From Gammaproteobacteria bacterium (GTDB lineage Bacteria; Pseudomonadota; Gammaproteobacteria; Eutrophobiales; Eutrophobiaceae), in the NCBI GenBank assembly GCA_004297165.1, contig SCUJ01000006.1, positions 1,648,045 through 1,712,044 of the forward strand: a DNA stretch of 64,000 nucleotides, read 5' to 3'. Under the pieces are notes generated by a model. It ran no database searches. It saw nothing but the letters and a program-made list of their open reading frames with translations, and had not been told where the DNA came from. A program made the translations under genes and the position numbers. Positions 37,759 to 48,271 of the stretch are shown here, piece by piece (the first letter of the stretch is position 1; every line of letters begins with the position of its first letter).

Positions 37759-39114
37759 ATGAACCTGGCTAGAACCGGAATCTTGTTGGCCCTGATCCTT
37801 AGCTCAGTCCTGTCCCACGCGGCCCTGCCGCTCGCGGATTCGCAGGGTCGGGAGTTGCCTTCTCTCTCCCCGATGCTGAAGCAGGTCAATCCGGCCGTGG
37901 TCAACATCGCCACCTACTCCACGCGGCAGGCCTATAATCCGCTGTTGAACGACCCCTTCTTCCGGCGCTTCTTCAACATCCCTGAAGAGGAATTTCAGCA
38001 ACAACCGCAAAAGCGCCAGCAGAGCGCCGGGTCCGGCGTCATCGTGGACGCCGAGAAGGGCATCATCATCACCAACGTCCATGTGATCAAGGACGCCGAT
38101 GAGGTCCAGGTCAGCCTGAACGACGGACGCAGTTTCACGGCGAAGATAAAGGGAACCGATCCGGAACTGGACATCGCCATCCTGGAAATCGATGCCGATA
38201 ATCTTTCAAAAGTGGCTTTGGCGAATTCCGATCTCCTCGAGATCGGCGATTTCGTGGTGGCCATCGGCAATCCCTTTGCCCTGGGGCAGACCGTGACGAC
38301 CGGCGTGGTCAGCGCCCTCGGCCGCTCGGGGCTCGGCATCGAAGGCTACGAGAATTTCATCCAGACCGACGCCTCGATCAATCCCGGCAACTCAGGCGGC
38401 GCTCTGGTCAATCTGCGCGGCGAGTTGATCGGCATCAACACCGCGATCATCTCGCCGGCTGGCGGCAACGTGGGGATCGGTTTTGCCATCCCCATCAACA
38501 TGGCGAAGGCCAGCATGGATCAGATCCTGGACCATGGCGAGGTCCGCCGCGGCCAGATCGGCGTCAACATCCAGGACATCACCCCGGACCTGCGTTCGGC
38601 GTTCGATCTCGATAATGGCCAGCAGGGTGTGCTGATCACAGGGGTCGGAGAGGATTCACCCGCGGAGAAGGCGGGTCTCCAGGCCGGGGATGTAATCGTC
38701 TCCGTGGATGGCGAGGCGACCGCCTCCGTCGGCCAATTGCGCAGCCAGATTGGCATCAAGGGCATTGGCGATGAAGTAAAGCTTGCCTTGATCAGGGACG
38801 GCCGAAAACTGAACGTCGAACTCGAGGTCGGCGAACCGCAAAACATCTCGAGCATCAGCGGGAGATTGCAGGAACTACTGGACGGCACCCGCTTCGAGGA
38901 CAACCCGGATGGCGAGGGCGTCATCGTGGCGAACATTGCGCCCAATTCCCCCGCGGCCTACAGCGGACTGCGGCCCGGCGATGTGATCATCGGCGCCAAC
39001 CGCAGGCAGATCACCGACACCAAGAGCCTGCAGGAGTCGCTCAGCCTCAATCCCGATCAGGCGCTGCTGCGGATTAGACGCGGTGGGGTCACGCTGTTTC
39101 TGGTCTTGAGATAA
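37759..39114 (+). CDS. degQ: Periplasmic serine endoprotease DegQ/DegP (HtrA family) with two PDZ domains
   Basis: Signal peptide, GNSGGAL catalytic Ser motif, two PDZ domains; start at ATG 37759 with aggag RBS. Confidence 0.9.
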   Translation: MNLARTGILLALILSSVLSHAALPLADSQGRELPSLSPMLKQVNPAVVNIATYSTRQAYNPLLNDPFFRRFFNIPEEEFQQQPQKRQQSAGSGVIVDAEKGIIITNVHVIKDADEVQVSLNDGRSFTAKIKGTDPELDIAILEIDADNLSKVALANSDLLEIGDFVVAIGNPFALGQTVTTGVVSALGRSGLGIEGYENFIQTDASINPGNSGGALVNLRGELIGINTAIISPAGGNVGIGFAIPINMAKASMDQILDHGEVRRGQIGVNIQDITPDLRSAFDLDNGQQGVLITGVGEDSPAEKAGLQAGDVIVSVDGEATASVGQLRSQIGIKGIGDEVKLALIRDGRKLNVELEVGEPQNISSISGRLQELLDGTRFEDNPDGEGVIVANIAPNSPAAYSGLRPGDVIIGANRRQITDTKSLQESLSLNPDQALLRIRRGGVTLFLVLR

Positions 39115-39169
39115 CAATCCGTTGAACCACCTCTCGCCGCCTGTCAACGGCGATTTCGTTCGCAGAATT

Positions 39170-39197
39170 GTAGGGGCGAAATATTTTTCGCCCCTAC
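39170..39197. terminator. Perfect 12-bp hairpin gtaggggcgaaa/tttcgcccctac between convergent degQ and cysS
   Basis: Seen directly; related half-motif TTGTAGGGGCGAAAG at 9137-9151. Confidence 0.5.
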
Positions 39198-39330
39198 AGA
39201 ATCGATAACCTTCACGACCCTCACATCCCACTCATGCTAATCCTGATCAGCCATCCGGTGTAGGCGACGAAACGGACCAGGATCACGACGCGCACATGAC
39301 CATAAACACGGTCAATATCACCATTATAAA

Positions 39331-40710
39331 TCAGCGCCGGGAGCGCTGTACCCGGCTCCCGGAAGGGGTATCCTCAAGAGTATAGCCGGCTGCCGCAATC
39401 TCACCGCGCAGGGCATCGGCGTCCTGCCAGCGCTTCTCCCCCCGCGCCAGGTCGCGCGCGAGGATGAGGGCCTGTATCGCCTCGGGGATGATCTCTTCCA
39501 CGGGCTGCCATTCCGCGAGTTTCAAGCCGAGGACCTGATCGAAGTGCAGCAGGGTCGCCTTGCGTGTGGACTCAGAGATCTGCGAGTGTACCAGTTCCCA
39601 GACGAGCGCCACGGCGCGCGGTGTATTGAGGTCATCGTTGATCAGGTCGAGAAACCGCCCGAGCCATTCCGGGTCCGGCACGCCTGGCGCCGCCCAGTCA
39701 TGACAGGCATTGCGCAATCGCGCTAGCGCGGTCGTCGCGCCGTCCAGGCTTTCCCAGGTGAACTTCAGGTCGCCGCGATAATGCGCGGTGAGGCAGAGAT
39801 AGCGATACGCGAGGGGGTCGTAGCCCCGGTCGCTGAGGCTTTGCAGCCGCAGAAATTCGCCGGCGGATTTCGCCATCTTGCCCTGATCGAGTTCGAGGAA
39901 ATAACCGTGCAGCCAGTAGTTCGCGAGCCGGGTGCCGTAGCAGGCCTCGGCCTGCGCGATCTCGTTGCTGTGATGCACGGGGATGTGATCCTTGCCGCCG
40001 CAATGGATATCGAACTGTTCACCCAGATATTTCGCCGACATCGCGGAACACTCGATGTGCCAGCCGGGGAAACCCTTGCCCCAGGGGCTGTCCCATTCCA
40101 TCTGCCGGATGCTGTCCGGTGGGCTGAACTTCCAGAGCGCGAAATCGGTGGGATGCCGTTTCTCGCCCTGCTCCACCCGGGCGCCTGCCTGCAAACCCGC
40201 GGCGTCCAGTCGCGCGAGATGGCCGTAGTCCGGCAGCCGCGAGGTATCGAAATAGATCCCGTCCGCCGTCCGGTAGGTAAAGCCCTTCTGTTCCATCGTC
40301 TCGATGTCGCGGATCTGTTCGGGGATGTGATCGGTGGCCCGGCACCAGATCGTGGGTTCCAGAATATTCAACGCCTTGATGTCGGACTGAAAGGCCTCCG
40401 TGTAGCGCCGCGCAATCTCCCAGGCGCTGAGGCCCGTGCGCTTGGCCCCTTTCTCCATCTTGTCCTCGCCGGTATCGGCGTCGGAGACCAGATGCCCCAC
40501 ATCGGTGATGTTCATGACGTGCCGCACCGCGAAGCCGTTGTATTCCAGGACGCGGCGCAGAATGTCCTCGAAGATATAGGTGCGCAGGTTGCCAATGTGC
40601 GCGTAATCGTAGACGGTCGGTCCGCAGGCATACATACCCGCCGCGCCGGGCCGGATGGGGATAAACTCGCGCACCGCGCGGGTATAGGTGTCGAACAGAT
40701 GAAGTTTCAT
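39331..40710 (-). CDS. cysS: Cysteine--tRNA ligase
   Basis: 459 aa; HIGN(L) and KMAKS class-I motifs; Zn-binding Cys. Confidence 0.95.
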   Translation of the reverse strand: MKLHLFDTYTRAVREFIPIRPGAAGMYACGPTVYDYAHIGNLRTYIFEDILRRVLEYNGFAVRHVMNITDVGHLVSDADTGEDKMEKGAKRTGLSAWEIARRYTEAFQSDIKALNILEPTIWCRATDHIPEQIRDIETMEQKGFTYRTADGIYFDTSRLPDYGHLARLDAAGLQAGARVEQGEKRHPTDFALWKFSPPDSIRQMEWDSPWGKGFPGWHIECSAMSAKYLGEQFDIHCGGKDHIPVHHSNEIAQAEACYGTRLANYWLHGYFLELDQGKMAKSAGEFLRLQSLSDRGYDPLAYRYLCLTAHYRGDLKFTWESLDGATTALARLRNACHDWAAPGVPDPEWLGRFLDLINDDLNTPRAVALVWELVHSQISESTRKATLLHFDQVLGLKLAEWQPVEEIIPEAIQALILARDLARGEKRWQDADALRGEIAAAGYTLEDTPSGSRVQRSRR

Positions 40711-40861
40711 TGTGTCAGTATCAAGGGGAATCTGTGACCTGCAAGCGGTTGGATATCAGGCCGGTGCGAAAAGTATACCGTGCGCCTGTCCGTACTCACA
40801 CCGTCTTTTCATGTACGTTACGCAGGGCTACCATGTCCGGAATGCCTTCCTGCGCCAACCC

Positions 40862-42343
40862 ATGAATTCATCCGCCGCTGACTATTCAGTAAGGAAACAC
40901 CATTACGCGTCCGAACTCGCCACCTTCCTGCCGCGAGAGGCGATCATCGACTCGCCCGAGGAACTTGCACCGTACGAATCCGACGCCCTCACCGTATACC
41001 GATCGCTGCCGCTGCTCGCGGTGCTGCCGGAGACCGTCGAACAGGTGCAACGGATTATGCGCTGGTGCCGGGACAACCGCGTGCCGGTCGTCGCTCGTGG
41101 TGCGGGGACAGGTCTCTCCGGCGGGGCCTTGCCGCACCGCGACGGCATCCTGCTGGTGCTCACCCGCCTCAATCGAATCCTCGATCTGGATCCGGAACGC
41201 GGCATCGCGCGGGTGCAGCCGGGCGTGGCGAACCTCGCGATCTCCGAGGCCGCGCAGCCCTTTGGTCTGTATTACGCACCCGATCCTTCCTCGCAGGTTG
41301 CCTGCACCATCGGCGGCAACGTGGCGGAGAACTCCGGCGGGGTGCACTGTCTCAAGTACGGGCTGACGGTGCACAACGTGCTGGAGATCAAGGTTGTCAC
41401 CATCGATGGGGATCTGATCACCATCGGTTCGCAATCCCTGGAGACGCCGGGCTACGACCTGCTCGCCCTGCTGATCGGCTCCGAAGGCATGCTCGCCGTC
41501 ACCGTGGAGATCACGGTGCGATTGCTGCCGCTGCCGGAGACCGCGCGTCTCGTCGTGGCGAGTTTCGCCGCCATCCGGGACGCCGGCAATGCCGTGTCCC
41601 GCCTCATCGCCCGTGGCGTCATCCCGGCCGGATTGGAATTGATGGATCGCCGCGCGATTGAAGCCGCCGAGGCGTATGCCCGGTGCGGTTATCCGCTGGA
41701 CGCGGAGGCCTTGCTGCTCTGCGAAGTGGATGGCTGTCCGGAGGATGTGGAACGGCAGATCGCGCTCGCACGGGAGGTCTTCACGGGATGTGGCGCGGCC
41801 GAAATCCGGATTGCGTGCGATGAGAGCGAGCGCCTGCTGCTCTGGAAAGGCCGCAAATCGGCCTTCCCTGCGGTAGGCCGGCTCGCGCCGGACTACTACT
41901 GCATGGACGGTACGATACCCCGCCGCCGGCTGGCTGAGGTCCTGGAACGGATCTCCGGGTTCTCGGTGGAGTATGGACTGCCGGTCGCCAATGTCTTCCA
42001 CGCGGGCGACGGCAATCTTCACCCGCTGATATTGTTTGACGCCAATAATCCCGGCGAACTGGAACGCACACTTGAGATGGGTTCGCGCATCCTGCGCCTG
42101 TGCGTGGAGGTGGGCGGCACGATCACGGGTGAACACGGCGTCGGCGTGGAAAAGATCAACGATATGTGCGCGCAGTTCAACGCCGCGGAGCTGCGGCAGT
42201 TTCACGCCCTGAAGGCCGCCTTCGATCCCGACGGCCTCATGAACCCCGGCAAGGCGGTGCCGACCCTGGAACGCTGCGCCGAATTCGGGGCGATGCACGT
42301 CCACGGGAATGAGGCGCCACATCCGGGGCTGGAGCGGTTCTAA
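40862..42343 (+). CDS. glcD: Glycolate oxidase FAD-linked subunit GlcD
   Basis: 493 aa FAD-binding PCMH domain plus C-terminal FAD-oxidase domain; ORF-track N-terminal extension rejected. Confidence 0.9.
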   Translation: MNSSAADYSVRKHHYASELATFLPREAIIDSPEELAPYESDALTVYRSLPLLAVLPETVEQVQRIMRWCRDNRVPVVARGAGTGLSGGALPHRDGILLVLTRLNRILDLDPERGIARVQPGVANLAISEAAQPFGLYYAPDPSSQVACTIGGNVAENSGGVHCLKYGLTVHNVLEIKVVTIDGDLITIGSQSLETPGYDLLALLIGSEGMLAVTVEITVRLLPLPETARLVVASFAAIRDAGNAVSRLIARGVIPAGLELMDRRAIEAAEAYARCGYPLDAEALLLCEVDGCPEDVERQIALAREVFTGCGAAEIRIACDESERLLLWKGRKSAFPAVGRLAPDYYCMDGTIPRRRLAEVLERISGFSVEYGLPVANVFHAGDGNLHPLILFDANNPGELERTLEMGSRILRLCVEVGGTITGEHGVGVEKINDMCAQFNAAELRQFHALKAAFDPDGLMNPGKAVPTLERCAEFGAMHVHGNEAPHPGLERF

Positions 42344-42351
42344 CTCATCGG

Positions 42352-42858
42352 TCAGGATGCCGCAAGCAACGCCGTTCGGCGGGCCAGACTCTCCCTGGGC
42401 CAGTAGACCTCGCGGTCGTAATACTCGGGGACTGCCGGGGTTTCCGGCGGCAGGATAACCCAGGGCTGTTTGGTAGAAGTAAAGATATGGATATCCGGCG
42501 GCAGTTTATCCGGATCATCCAGGGTACCCACCCGCACGAAACTCACCCTGGGACCGGCCCCGGCATAATGGCTCCATACCGCGACCCAACAGCGCGGACA
42601 GCGTGCGATCTGCTGCCCCTTGCCGCTTGCCGAGGGTGTGAGGATTATCTCCGGCGCGGCGCCAAGGAGCGTTACCCGATCCGCCTCAATCATGGCGTTC
42701 AAGGCGAACGCAGCGCCGCTCTCGCGCTGGCACCAGCGGCAGTGGCAGCAGTGGACGAACAAAGGCGGGGTTTCCAGTTGGTAGCGGACCTCGCGGCAGT
42801 CGCAACCGCCGGGGAGAGGGTAAATTAAAGTGGTCGAAGTCACGATTGCATCCTCCAT
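42352..42858 (-). CDS. GFA (glutathione-dependent formaldehyde-activating/CENP-V) family Zn protein
   Basis: Cys clusters GGCDCREVRY … CCHCRWCQRESG … CPRC typical of GFA family. Confidence 0.65.
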   Translation of the reverse strand: MEDAIVTSTTLIYPLPGGCDCREVRYQLETPPLFVHCCHCRWCQRESGAAFALNAMIEADRVTLLGAAPEIILTPSASGKGQQIARCPRCWVAVWSHYAGAGPRVSFVRVGTLDDPDKLPPDIHIFTSTKQPWVILPPETPAVPEYYDREVYWPRESLARRTALLAAS

Positions 42859-43026
42859 TCCGACTGATCCGCGCCAGCATTCTGTGTCTTTCACACAGTG
42901 TCGATAAACAAACACACGCCCACAATGCCGAACCGTCACATGTCCGATTGAAGAACCTAAAATAAGAGAGCGCGTTATTTTAAGATCCTGACTTTACATA
43001 AATCCATGCTGGGGTTGTTAGATTAA

Positions 43027-45093
43027 TTATTCTTCCAGCCCCAGTTGCGAAAGGATAAAGGCATAATCGAAGGCTACCTCGCGCAGGGCGTCGTAGCGGC
43101 CGCTGGATCCGCCGTGGCCGGAGTGCATGTCGATCTGGAACAGGAGCGGGTTGGAGTCCGTCTTCAGGGTCCGGAGTTTCGCCACGTATTTCGCCGGTTC
43201 CCAGTACATCACCTGGCTGTCGTTCAGGGACGTGCGCACCAGCATGGCGGGGTAATCCCGCGCCGCAAGATTGCTGTAAGGACAATAACGGCGCATGACC
43301 CGATACTCGTCCTCCACCTGGGGATTGCCCCACTCCTCCCATTCGCCCGCGGTGAGTGGCAGATCGGCATCCAGCATGGTGTTGATGACGTCGACGAAGG
43401 GCACCACGGCGACCACAGCGCGAAAGAGGTTCGGCCGCAGGTTGACGACCGCGCCCATCAACAACCCGCCCGCGCTGCGCCCAGTGATGGCGAGGCGATT
43501 GGGTGTCGTGTAGCGTTCCCGGATGAGATGTTCCGCGACGTCGATGAAGTCGGTAAAGGTGTTCATCTTCCTCGCCATCCTGCCCGCGTCATGCCACGGC
43601 TTGCCCATTTCCCCGCCGCCGCGGATGTGGGCGATGGCGAAGGTCATGCCGCGATCCAGCAGGGAGAGCCGATTCGAGGAAAAGAAGATCGGGAACGGGA
43701 TGCCGTAGGCCCCATAGCCGGAAAGCAGCATGGGCGCGCCGTTTTCATGTCCGGCATCCGTTCGGGAAACCAGGGAAACCGGGACCCGTGCGCCGTCGCG
43801 GGCGGTGACATGAATGCGCTCCGAGCGGTAGTCGGCAGGATTGTAACCGCCGAGGACCTCGGTCTGTTTCAGCAGCGTGCGCTCGCGCGTTTGCATGTCG
43901 TAATCGTAGATGGATCGCGGTTTGATCAGCGATTCGTAGGCGAAGCGAAAGAGACGCGAATCGAACTCCGCGTTGATCTCCGGATGTGCGTCGTAGACCG
44001 GTTCCGGCAGTTCGATACGATGCCTCGCGCCGTTGCTCAGATCCATGATCGTGAAATGCGGCAGGCCGTCCTCCCGTTCGCAGAGCACGATGTAGTCGCG
44101 AAAGCACTCCACGTCCTCCAGCATCACCGTCTCGCGCTGCGGCAGGACTTCCTCCCAGTGCTCCCGATCGGGATGCGTTACCGGCGCGCGCGCCAGGCGG
44201 AAATTCAATCCTTTATCGTTCGTCCGGAGATAGAAATGATCGCCATGATGCTCGGGATAATATTCCTCCCGGTGGCGGCGCGGGGCGATCAGGCGCCATT
44301 CGCCCTCGGGATCGTCGGCGCGCAGGTAACGGGCCTCGCTGGTGGTCAGGCTGGTGCAGAGCAGAAACAAATAGGCGCGGCTGCAGCTTGGCGTGACATG
44401 GACGCTGAATAGATCGTCCGTTTCCTCATACAGCAACTCTGCCTGTTCGGAAGGATTGCCCGCGATCTGGCGATACAACCGGTAACTGCGTTTGGCGTCG
44501 TTCTCGATCGTGAAAAAGATGGTCCGATGATCCGCGGCCCAGGCGACAGAGGTCACCCTGTCCTGAAAACCTGGCAGGATTGCGTTACTCGCGAGGTCCT
44601 TCACCTGCAACCGGTATTGACGGAAACCCGTGTTGTCGGTGGAGTAGGCCAGCAGCCGGCCGTCATGGCTCGGTTCGAAATCCCCAAGCGCCATATACGC
44701 CTCGCCTTCGGCCATGACGTTCAGATCGAGCAACACGACCTCCGCGGCATCCGGTTGAATGGCCTTGCGGCAATGGATCGGATATTGGCGGCCCGCCTCG
44801 GTGCGGGTGTAATAAAGCCAGGCCCCATCCCGCCACGGCACGCCGAGATCGGTCTGCTTGATGCGGGCGAGCATCTCCTGATACAGGCGTTCGCGGAACC
44901 CCGCAGTATCCTCAAGACAGTTTTCGGTGTAGGCATTTTCCGCTTCGAGGTAACGGATCGTCTCGGGGTTGTCCTGCTCCCGCAAATAAAAATAATCGTC
45001 AACGAAACGCTCGCCATGGAGCGTATATTCCCGCGGGATTTTTCGGGCTACAGGCTGTGTGGTCATCGGCAGAATATTGGATTGTGAATTCAA
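43027..45093 (-). CDS. ptrB: Oligopeptidase B (S9A prolyl oligopeptidase family)
   Basis: 688 aa; beta-propeller plus peptidase domain with GRSAGG nucleophile motif. Confidence 0.9.
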   Translation of the reverse strand: MNSQSNILPMTTQPVARKIPREYTLHGERFVDDYFYLREQDNPETIRYLEAENAYTENCLEDTAGFRERLYQEMLARIKQTDLGVPWRDGAWLYYTRTEAGRQYPIHCRKAIQPDAAEVVLLDLNVMAEGEAYMALGDFEPSHDGRLLAYSTDNTGFRQYRLQVKDLASNAILPGFQDRVTSVAWAADHRTIFFTIENDAKRSYRLYRQIAGNPSEQAELLYEETDDLFSVHVTPSCSRAYLFLLCTSLTTSEARYLRADDPEGEWRLIAPRRHREEYYPEHHGDHFYLRTNDKGLNFRLARAPVTHPDREHWEEVLPQRETVMLEDVECFRDYIVLCEREDGLPHFTIMDLSNGARHRIELPEPVYDAHPEINAEFDSRLFRFAYESLIKPRSIYDYDMQTRERTLLKQTEVLGGYNPADYRSERIHVTARDGARVPVSLVSRTDAGHENGAPMLLSGYGAYGIPFPIFFSSNRLSLLDRGMTFAIAHIRGGGEMGKPWHDAGRMARKMNTFTDFIDVAEHLIRERYTTPNRLAITGRSAGGLLMGAVVNLRPNLFRAVVAVVPFVDVINTMLDADLPLTAGEWEEWGNPQVEDEYRVMRRYCPYSNLAARDYPAMLVRTSLNDSQVMYWEPAKYVAKLRTLKTDSNPLLFQIDMHSGHGGSSGRYDALREVAFDYAFILSQLGLEE

Positions 45094-45171
45094 TGTGCAA
45101 GATGGCTGTGATTTGGGGCAATCGAGTATACTCGAACCTCGTTTTCAATGAACCTGTAAGGAGCCTTTGCG

Positions 45172-45789
45172 ATGTTCACCAGATCTGTGCGACTGTTTAT
45201 TTCCCTGCTGTTGGTAATGTTCTCCGGGATGGGCATGGTCATGGCCCAGGGTCAAGGCCCAGGTCCAGGTCCCGGTCCGGGCAGACCCGGCGGAGGCGGT
45301 GGTGGTGGCGGATTCTTTCTCCCGCCCTTGCTGATGGAAACGACTGCCTTCGAGGACGGCGGCATCATTCCTCCCAAATACGTCAGCCGCGGCGAGAACG
45401 TCCAACCTGGTTTCACGTTCAAGAACGCCCCGGAAGGGACGGTAAGTTATGCCATCGTCCTGCGTGACTTGGACGTCGCCTTCATGGGCGGACCGACGGG
45501 CATCCTGCATTGGCTGGCCTGGAACATCCCGGCCGAGGCGGGCGGCATTCCGGAAGGCAGTCTGCCGGAAGGCTCGGTGACCGGGGCGAACCTGATGCGC
45601 CAGAATACCTACATGGGACCGGGCGCTCCCAACGGCCCCCGCTATCACCATTATGTATTCGAGCTCTACGCCCTGAACGCCAAGCTGGACCTGCCGGCGA
45701 CGGCCAGCGTGGATGAGTTGATGGCCGCCCTGCAGGGCAAGGTCGTCGCGAAAGCTGCCTACGTCGGCCGCTTCCGTAGTGGCGAGTAA
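45172..45789 (+). CDS. YbhB/YbcL (PEBP/Raf-kinase-inhibitor-like) family protein with signal peptide and Gly/Pro low-complexity linker
   Basis: PEBP core (…GILHWLAWNIPAE…YHHYVFELYALN…); N-terminal QGQGPGPGPGPGRPGGGGGGGG. Confidence 0.8.
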   Translation: MFTRSVRLFISLLLVMFSGMGMVMAQGQGPGPGPGPGRPGGGGGGGGFFLPPLLMETTAFEDGGIIPPKYVSRGENVQPGFTFKNAPEGTVSYAIVLRDLDVAFMGGPTGILHWLAWNIPAEAGGIPEGSLPEGSVTGANLMRQNTYMGPGAPNGPRYHHYVFELYALNAKLDLPATASVDELMAALQGKVVAKAAYVGRFRSGE

Positions 45790-45878
45790 CTTCCGTAACC
45801 TGACTGATATCACCTCCGGCTGTTCTTCGGAGGCGGCACGCGCCGCCTCCGAAGGGCGCCATAAAATCTTCTGACGAC

Positions 45879-46937
45879 GTGGCGGGCGACGCCACTCTTG
45901 AACTTCAAGCCTTGGTGTCCGGGGCAATCCGGCGCCATTCCCCGCTGAACATCCAGGGCGGCGGCACGAAACAATTTCTGCGTCCGCCCGGGTCTGGCGA
46001 GACGCTGGACGTTACGCCCCACCACGGCATCATCAACTACGAACCTTCCGAACTGGTCATCACCGCCCGCGCGGGCACGCCCCTGCGGGAAATGGAAAAC
46101 GCGCTGGCCGGCGAATCCCAGATGCTCGCCTTCGAACCGCCGCATTTCGGCGAGGGCGCGACCCTGGGCGGGACGCTTGCCTGCGGGTTATCCGGTCCAC
46201 GCCGCGCCCATTGCGGTGGGGCGCGGGATTTCATCCTAGGAATGCGGATCATCAACGGCCATGGCGAGGTCATGCGTTTCGGCGGCGAGGTGCTGAAGAA
46301 CGTGGCCGGCTACGATGTCTCGCGTCTGATGGTGGGGGCCTACGGCAGTCTGGGCCTGATCCTCGATGCCTCGCTCAAGGTGCTGCCCCGGCCGGAGACG
46401 GAGATTACTGTGGTACTGACCTATTCCCAAACTGCCGGACTGGCATTTGTTTCCAGTCTCGCACGGAGATCATTACCGGTCTCCGCCACGCTAGTGGAAC
46501 GGGACAAGGTCTACCTCCGTCTATCCGGCAGCGCGGCCGCCATCACCGCCGCTCATAAACAATTGGGCGGAGAATCGCATGAGACGGCCGCATTCTGGAA
46601 TGCAGTCAAAGAACACCAGCACAATTTCTTCCGGATCGAAAGACCCCTGTGGCGGCTGACCCTGCCGGCGCATGCGCCGCTCGCCGATCTTGGCGGGGAA
46701 TATCTCATCGAGTGGGCGGGCGCATTGCGCTGGCTAAAGAGCGATGCGGATCCCACGCGGATCAAAAAATACGTCAGAGAATACGGTGGACATGCCCGGC
46801 GCATTGATGGGGCGGACACGGCGGTGCTTGAGCATGCGGATCTGCCGGAACCGCTCATGCGGCTCCATGCCCGCACACGCGCTGCATTCGATCCCCTGCG
46901 CATCTTCAATCCCGGCTGCCTGCATCCCCTGCTCTGA
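45879..46937 (+). CDS. glcE: Glycolate oxidase FAD-binding subunit GlcE
   Basis: Collinear similarity to E. coli GlcE (…IINYEPSELVITARAGTPL…NVAGYDVSRLMVGAYGSLG…WAGALRWLKS…); GTG start. Confidence 0.85.
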   Translation: MAGDATLELQALVSGAIRRHSPLNIQGGGTKQFLRPPGSGETLDVTPHHGIINYEPSELVITARAGTPLREMENALAGESQMLAFEPPHFGEGATLGGTLACGLSGPRRAHCGGARDFILGMRIINGHGEVMRFGGEVLKNVAGYDVSRLMVGAYGSLGLILDASLKVLPRPETEITVVLTYSQTAGLAFVSSLARRSLPVSATLVERDKVYLRLSGSAAAITAAHKQLGGESHETAAFWNAVKEHQHNFFRIERPLWRLTLPAHAPLADLGGEYLIEWAGALRWLKSDADPTRIKKYVREYGGHARRIDGADTAVLEHADLPEPLMRLHARTRAAFDPLRIFNPGCLHPLL

Positions 46938-46954
46938 TAAAATCAGCGCCCATC

Positions 46955-48175
46955 ATGCAGACCAGGATTGAAGCGCGCCATCTCAAGGCCCCTGCCGGCG
47001 TCGAGGCCGATCGGATCCTGCGCTCCTGCGTCCATTGCGGATTCTGTCTGTCGGCCTGCCCGACCTACCGATTGCTTGGCAACGAGACGGACAGCCCGCG
47101 GGGACGGATCTATCTGATCAAGCAACTGCTGGAAGGCGCGGGCGCGAGCGACCTTACCCGTCTGCATCTCGACCGCTGCCTGACCTGCCTCGCCTGCGAG
47201 AGCGCCTGCCCATCGGGGGTGAATTACCATCGCCTCGTCAGCACCGGCCGGCTGCTGGTGGAACAACAGACCGTGCGTCCGTTGCGGGAGCGTTTCCTGC
47301 GCGTCTTGCTGCGTCTCGTTCTGCCCTATTCCTATCGCGTAAGGTTGTTGCTCCAGCCTGTTAAGTGGTTGCGCCCGATCCTGCCCGCGGCCTTGCGCCG
47401 CAGGATCCCCGAGAATTTGGCAGCCGGGGAATGGCCGCCAAAAAGGCACAAACGCGCGATGCTCGCGCTCGCCGGTTGCGTCCAGACCGCCGCCAGGCCG
47501 CGTATCGACGCCGCCGCGGCGCGGGTGCTGGACCGGCTCGGCATCAGCCTCATCACCGCGAAAGACAGCGGGTGTTGCGGCGCGCTGAGCTACCACCTGA
47601 ACGCCCACGCGGAGGCAGAGACCTTTATGCGCCGCAACATCGACGCGTGGTGGCCCCATATCGAACAGGGCGCCGAGGCCATTGTGATCACGGCCAGCGG
47701 CTGCGGTGTGCAGGTCAAGGACTACGGCAAGCTGCTGGCCCATGACCCTGACTACGCGGAAAAGGCTGCACGGGTGGCGAGTCTTGCGCGCGACCTCTGC
47801 GAGGTCCTCGAAGGGGAGGATCTGGATCCGCTCCGCACTAATGCGGCAGGCGCAACCAGGCTGGCATTCCATTCGCCCTGCTCCCTTCAACACGGACAGC
47901 GCCTGGACGGAAAGACCGAGCAGGTCCTGCGGCGGCTGGGATACGAACCTGGCATTGTCCCCGACCGGCAGATCTGTTGCGGCTCGGCGGGGAGTTACTC
48001 CCTGTTGCAGCCGGAGATCTCCCAACGCCTGTTACAGGACAAGATCGCCGCGCTGGAAAAATCCCGGCCGGACCTCATCGCCACCGCCAACATCGGCTGC
48101 CTGCTGCACCTGCAATCCGCCACGACGATCCCGGTGATTCACTGGATCGAACTTCTCGATCCGCTGCGTCACTGA
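46955..48175 (+). CDS. glcF: Glycolate oxidase iron-sulfur subunit GlcF
   Basis: Two CxxCxxCxxxCP ferredoxin motifs plus two CCG domains. Confidence 0.9.
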   Translation: MQTRIEARHLKAPAGVEADRILRSCVHCGFCLSACPTYRLLGNETDSPRGRIYLIKQLLEGAGASDLTRLHLDRCLTCLACESACPSGVNYHRLVSTGRLLVEQQTVRPLRERFLRVLLRLVLPYSYRVRLLLQPVKWLRPILPAALRRRIPENLAAGEWPPKRHKRAMLALAGCVQTAARPRIDAAAARVLDRLGISLITAKDSGCCGALSYHLNAHAEAETFMRRNIDAWWPHIEQGAEAIVITASGCGVQVKDYGKLLAHDPDYAEKAARVASLARDLCEVLEGEDLDPLRTNAAGATRLAFHSPCSLQHGQRLDGKTEQVLRRLGYEPGIVPDRQICCGSAGSYSLLQPEISQRLLQDKIAALEKSRPDLIATANIGCLLHLQSATTIPVIHWIELLDPLRH

Positions 48176-48271
48176 CCGAGTTCATGCCGCCGCCCGCCGA
48201 AATGGACATGACAGGCGGTGACGGCTCTTCTATGCTCTCCTCATGTTTCATTGCAACCGAGGAGCGAATCC

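Noticed and set aside
40886-42322. 478 aa ORF on - strand
   Set aside because: Fully antisense to glcD, which has clear homology. Composition-driven open frame.
46943-48025. 360 aa ORF on - strand
   Set aside because: Antisense to glcF. No recognisable motifs.
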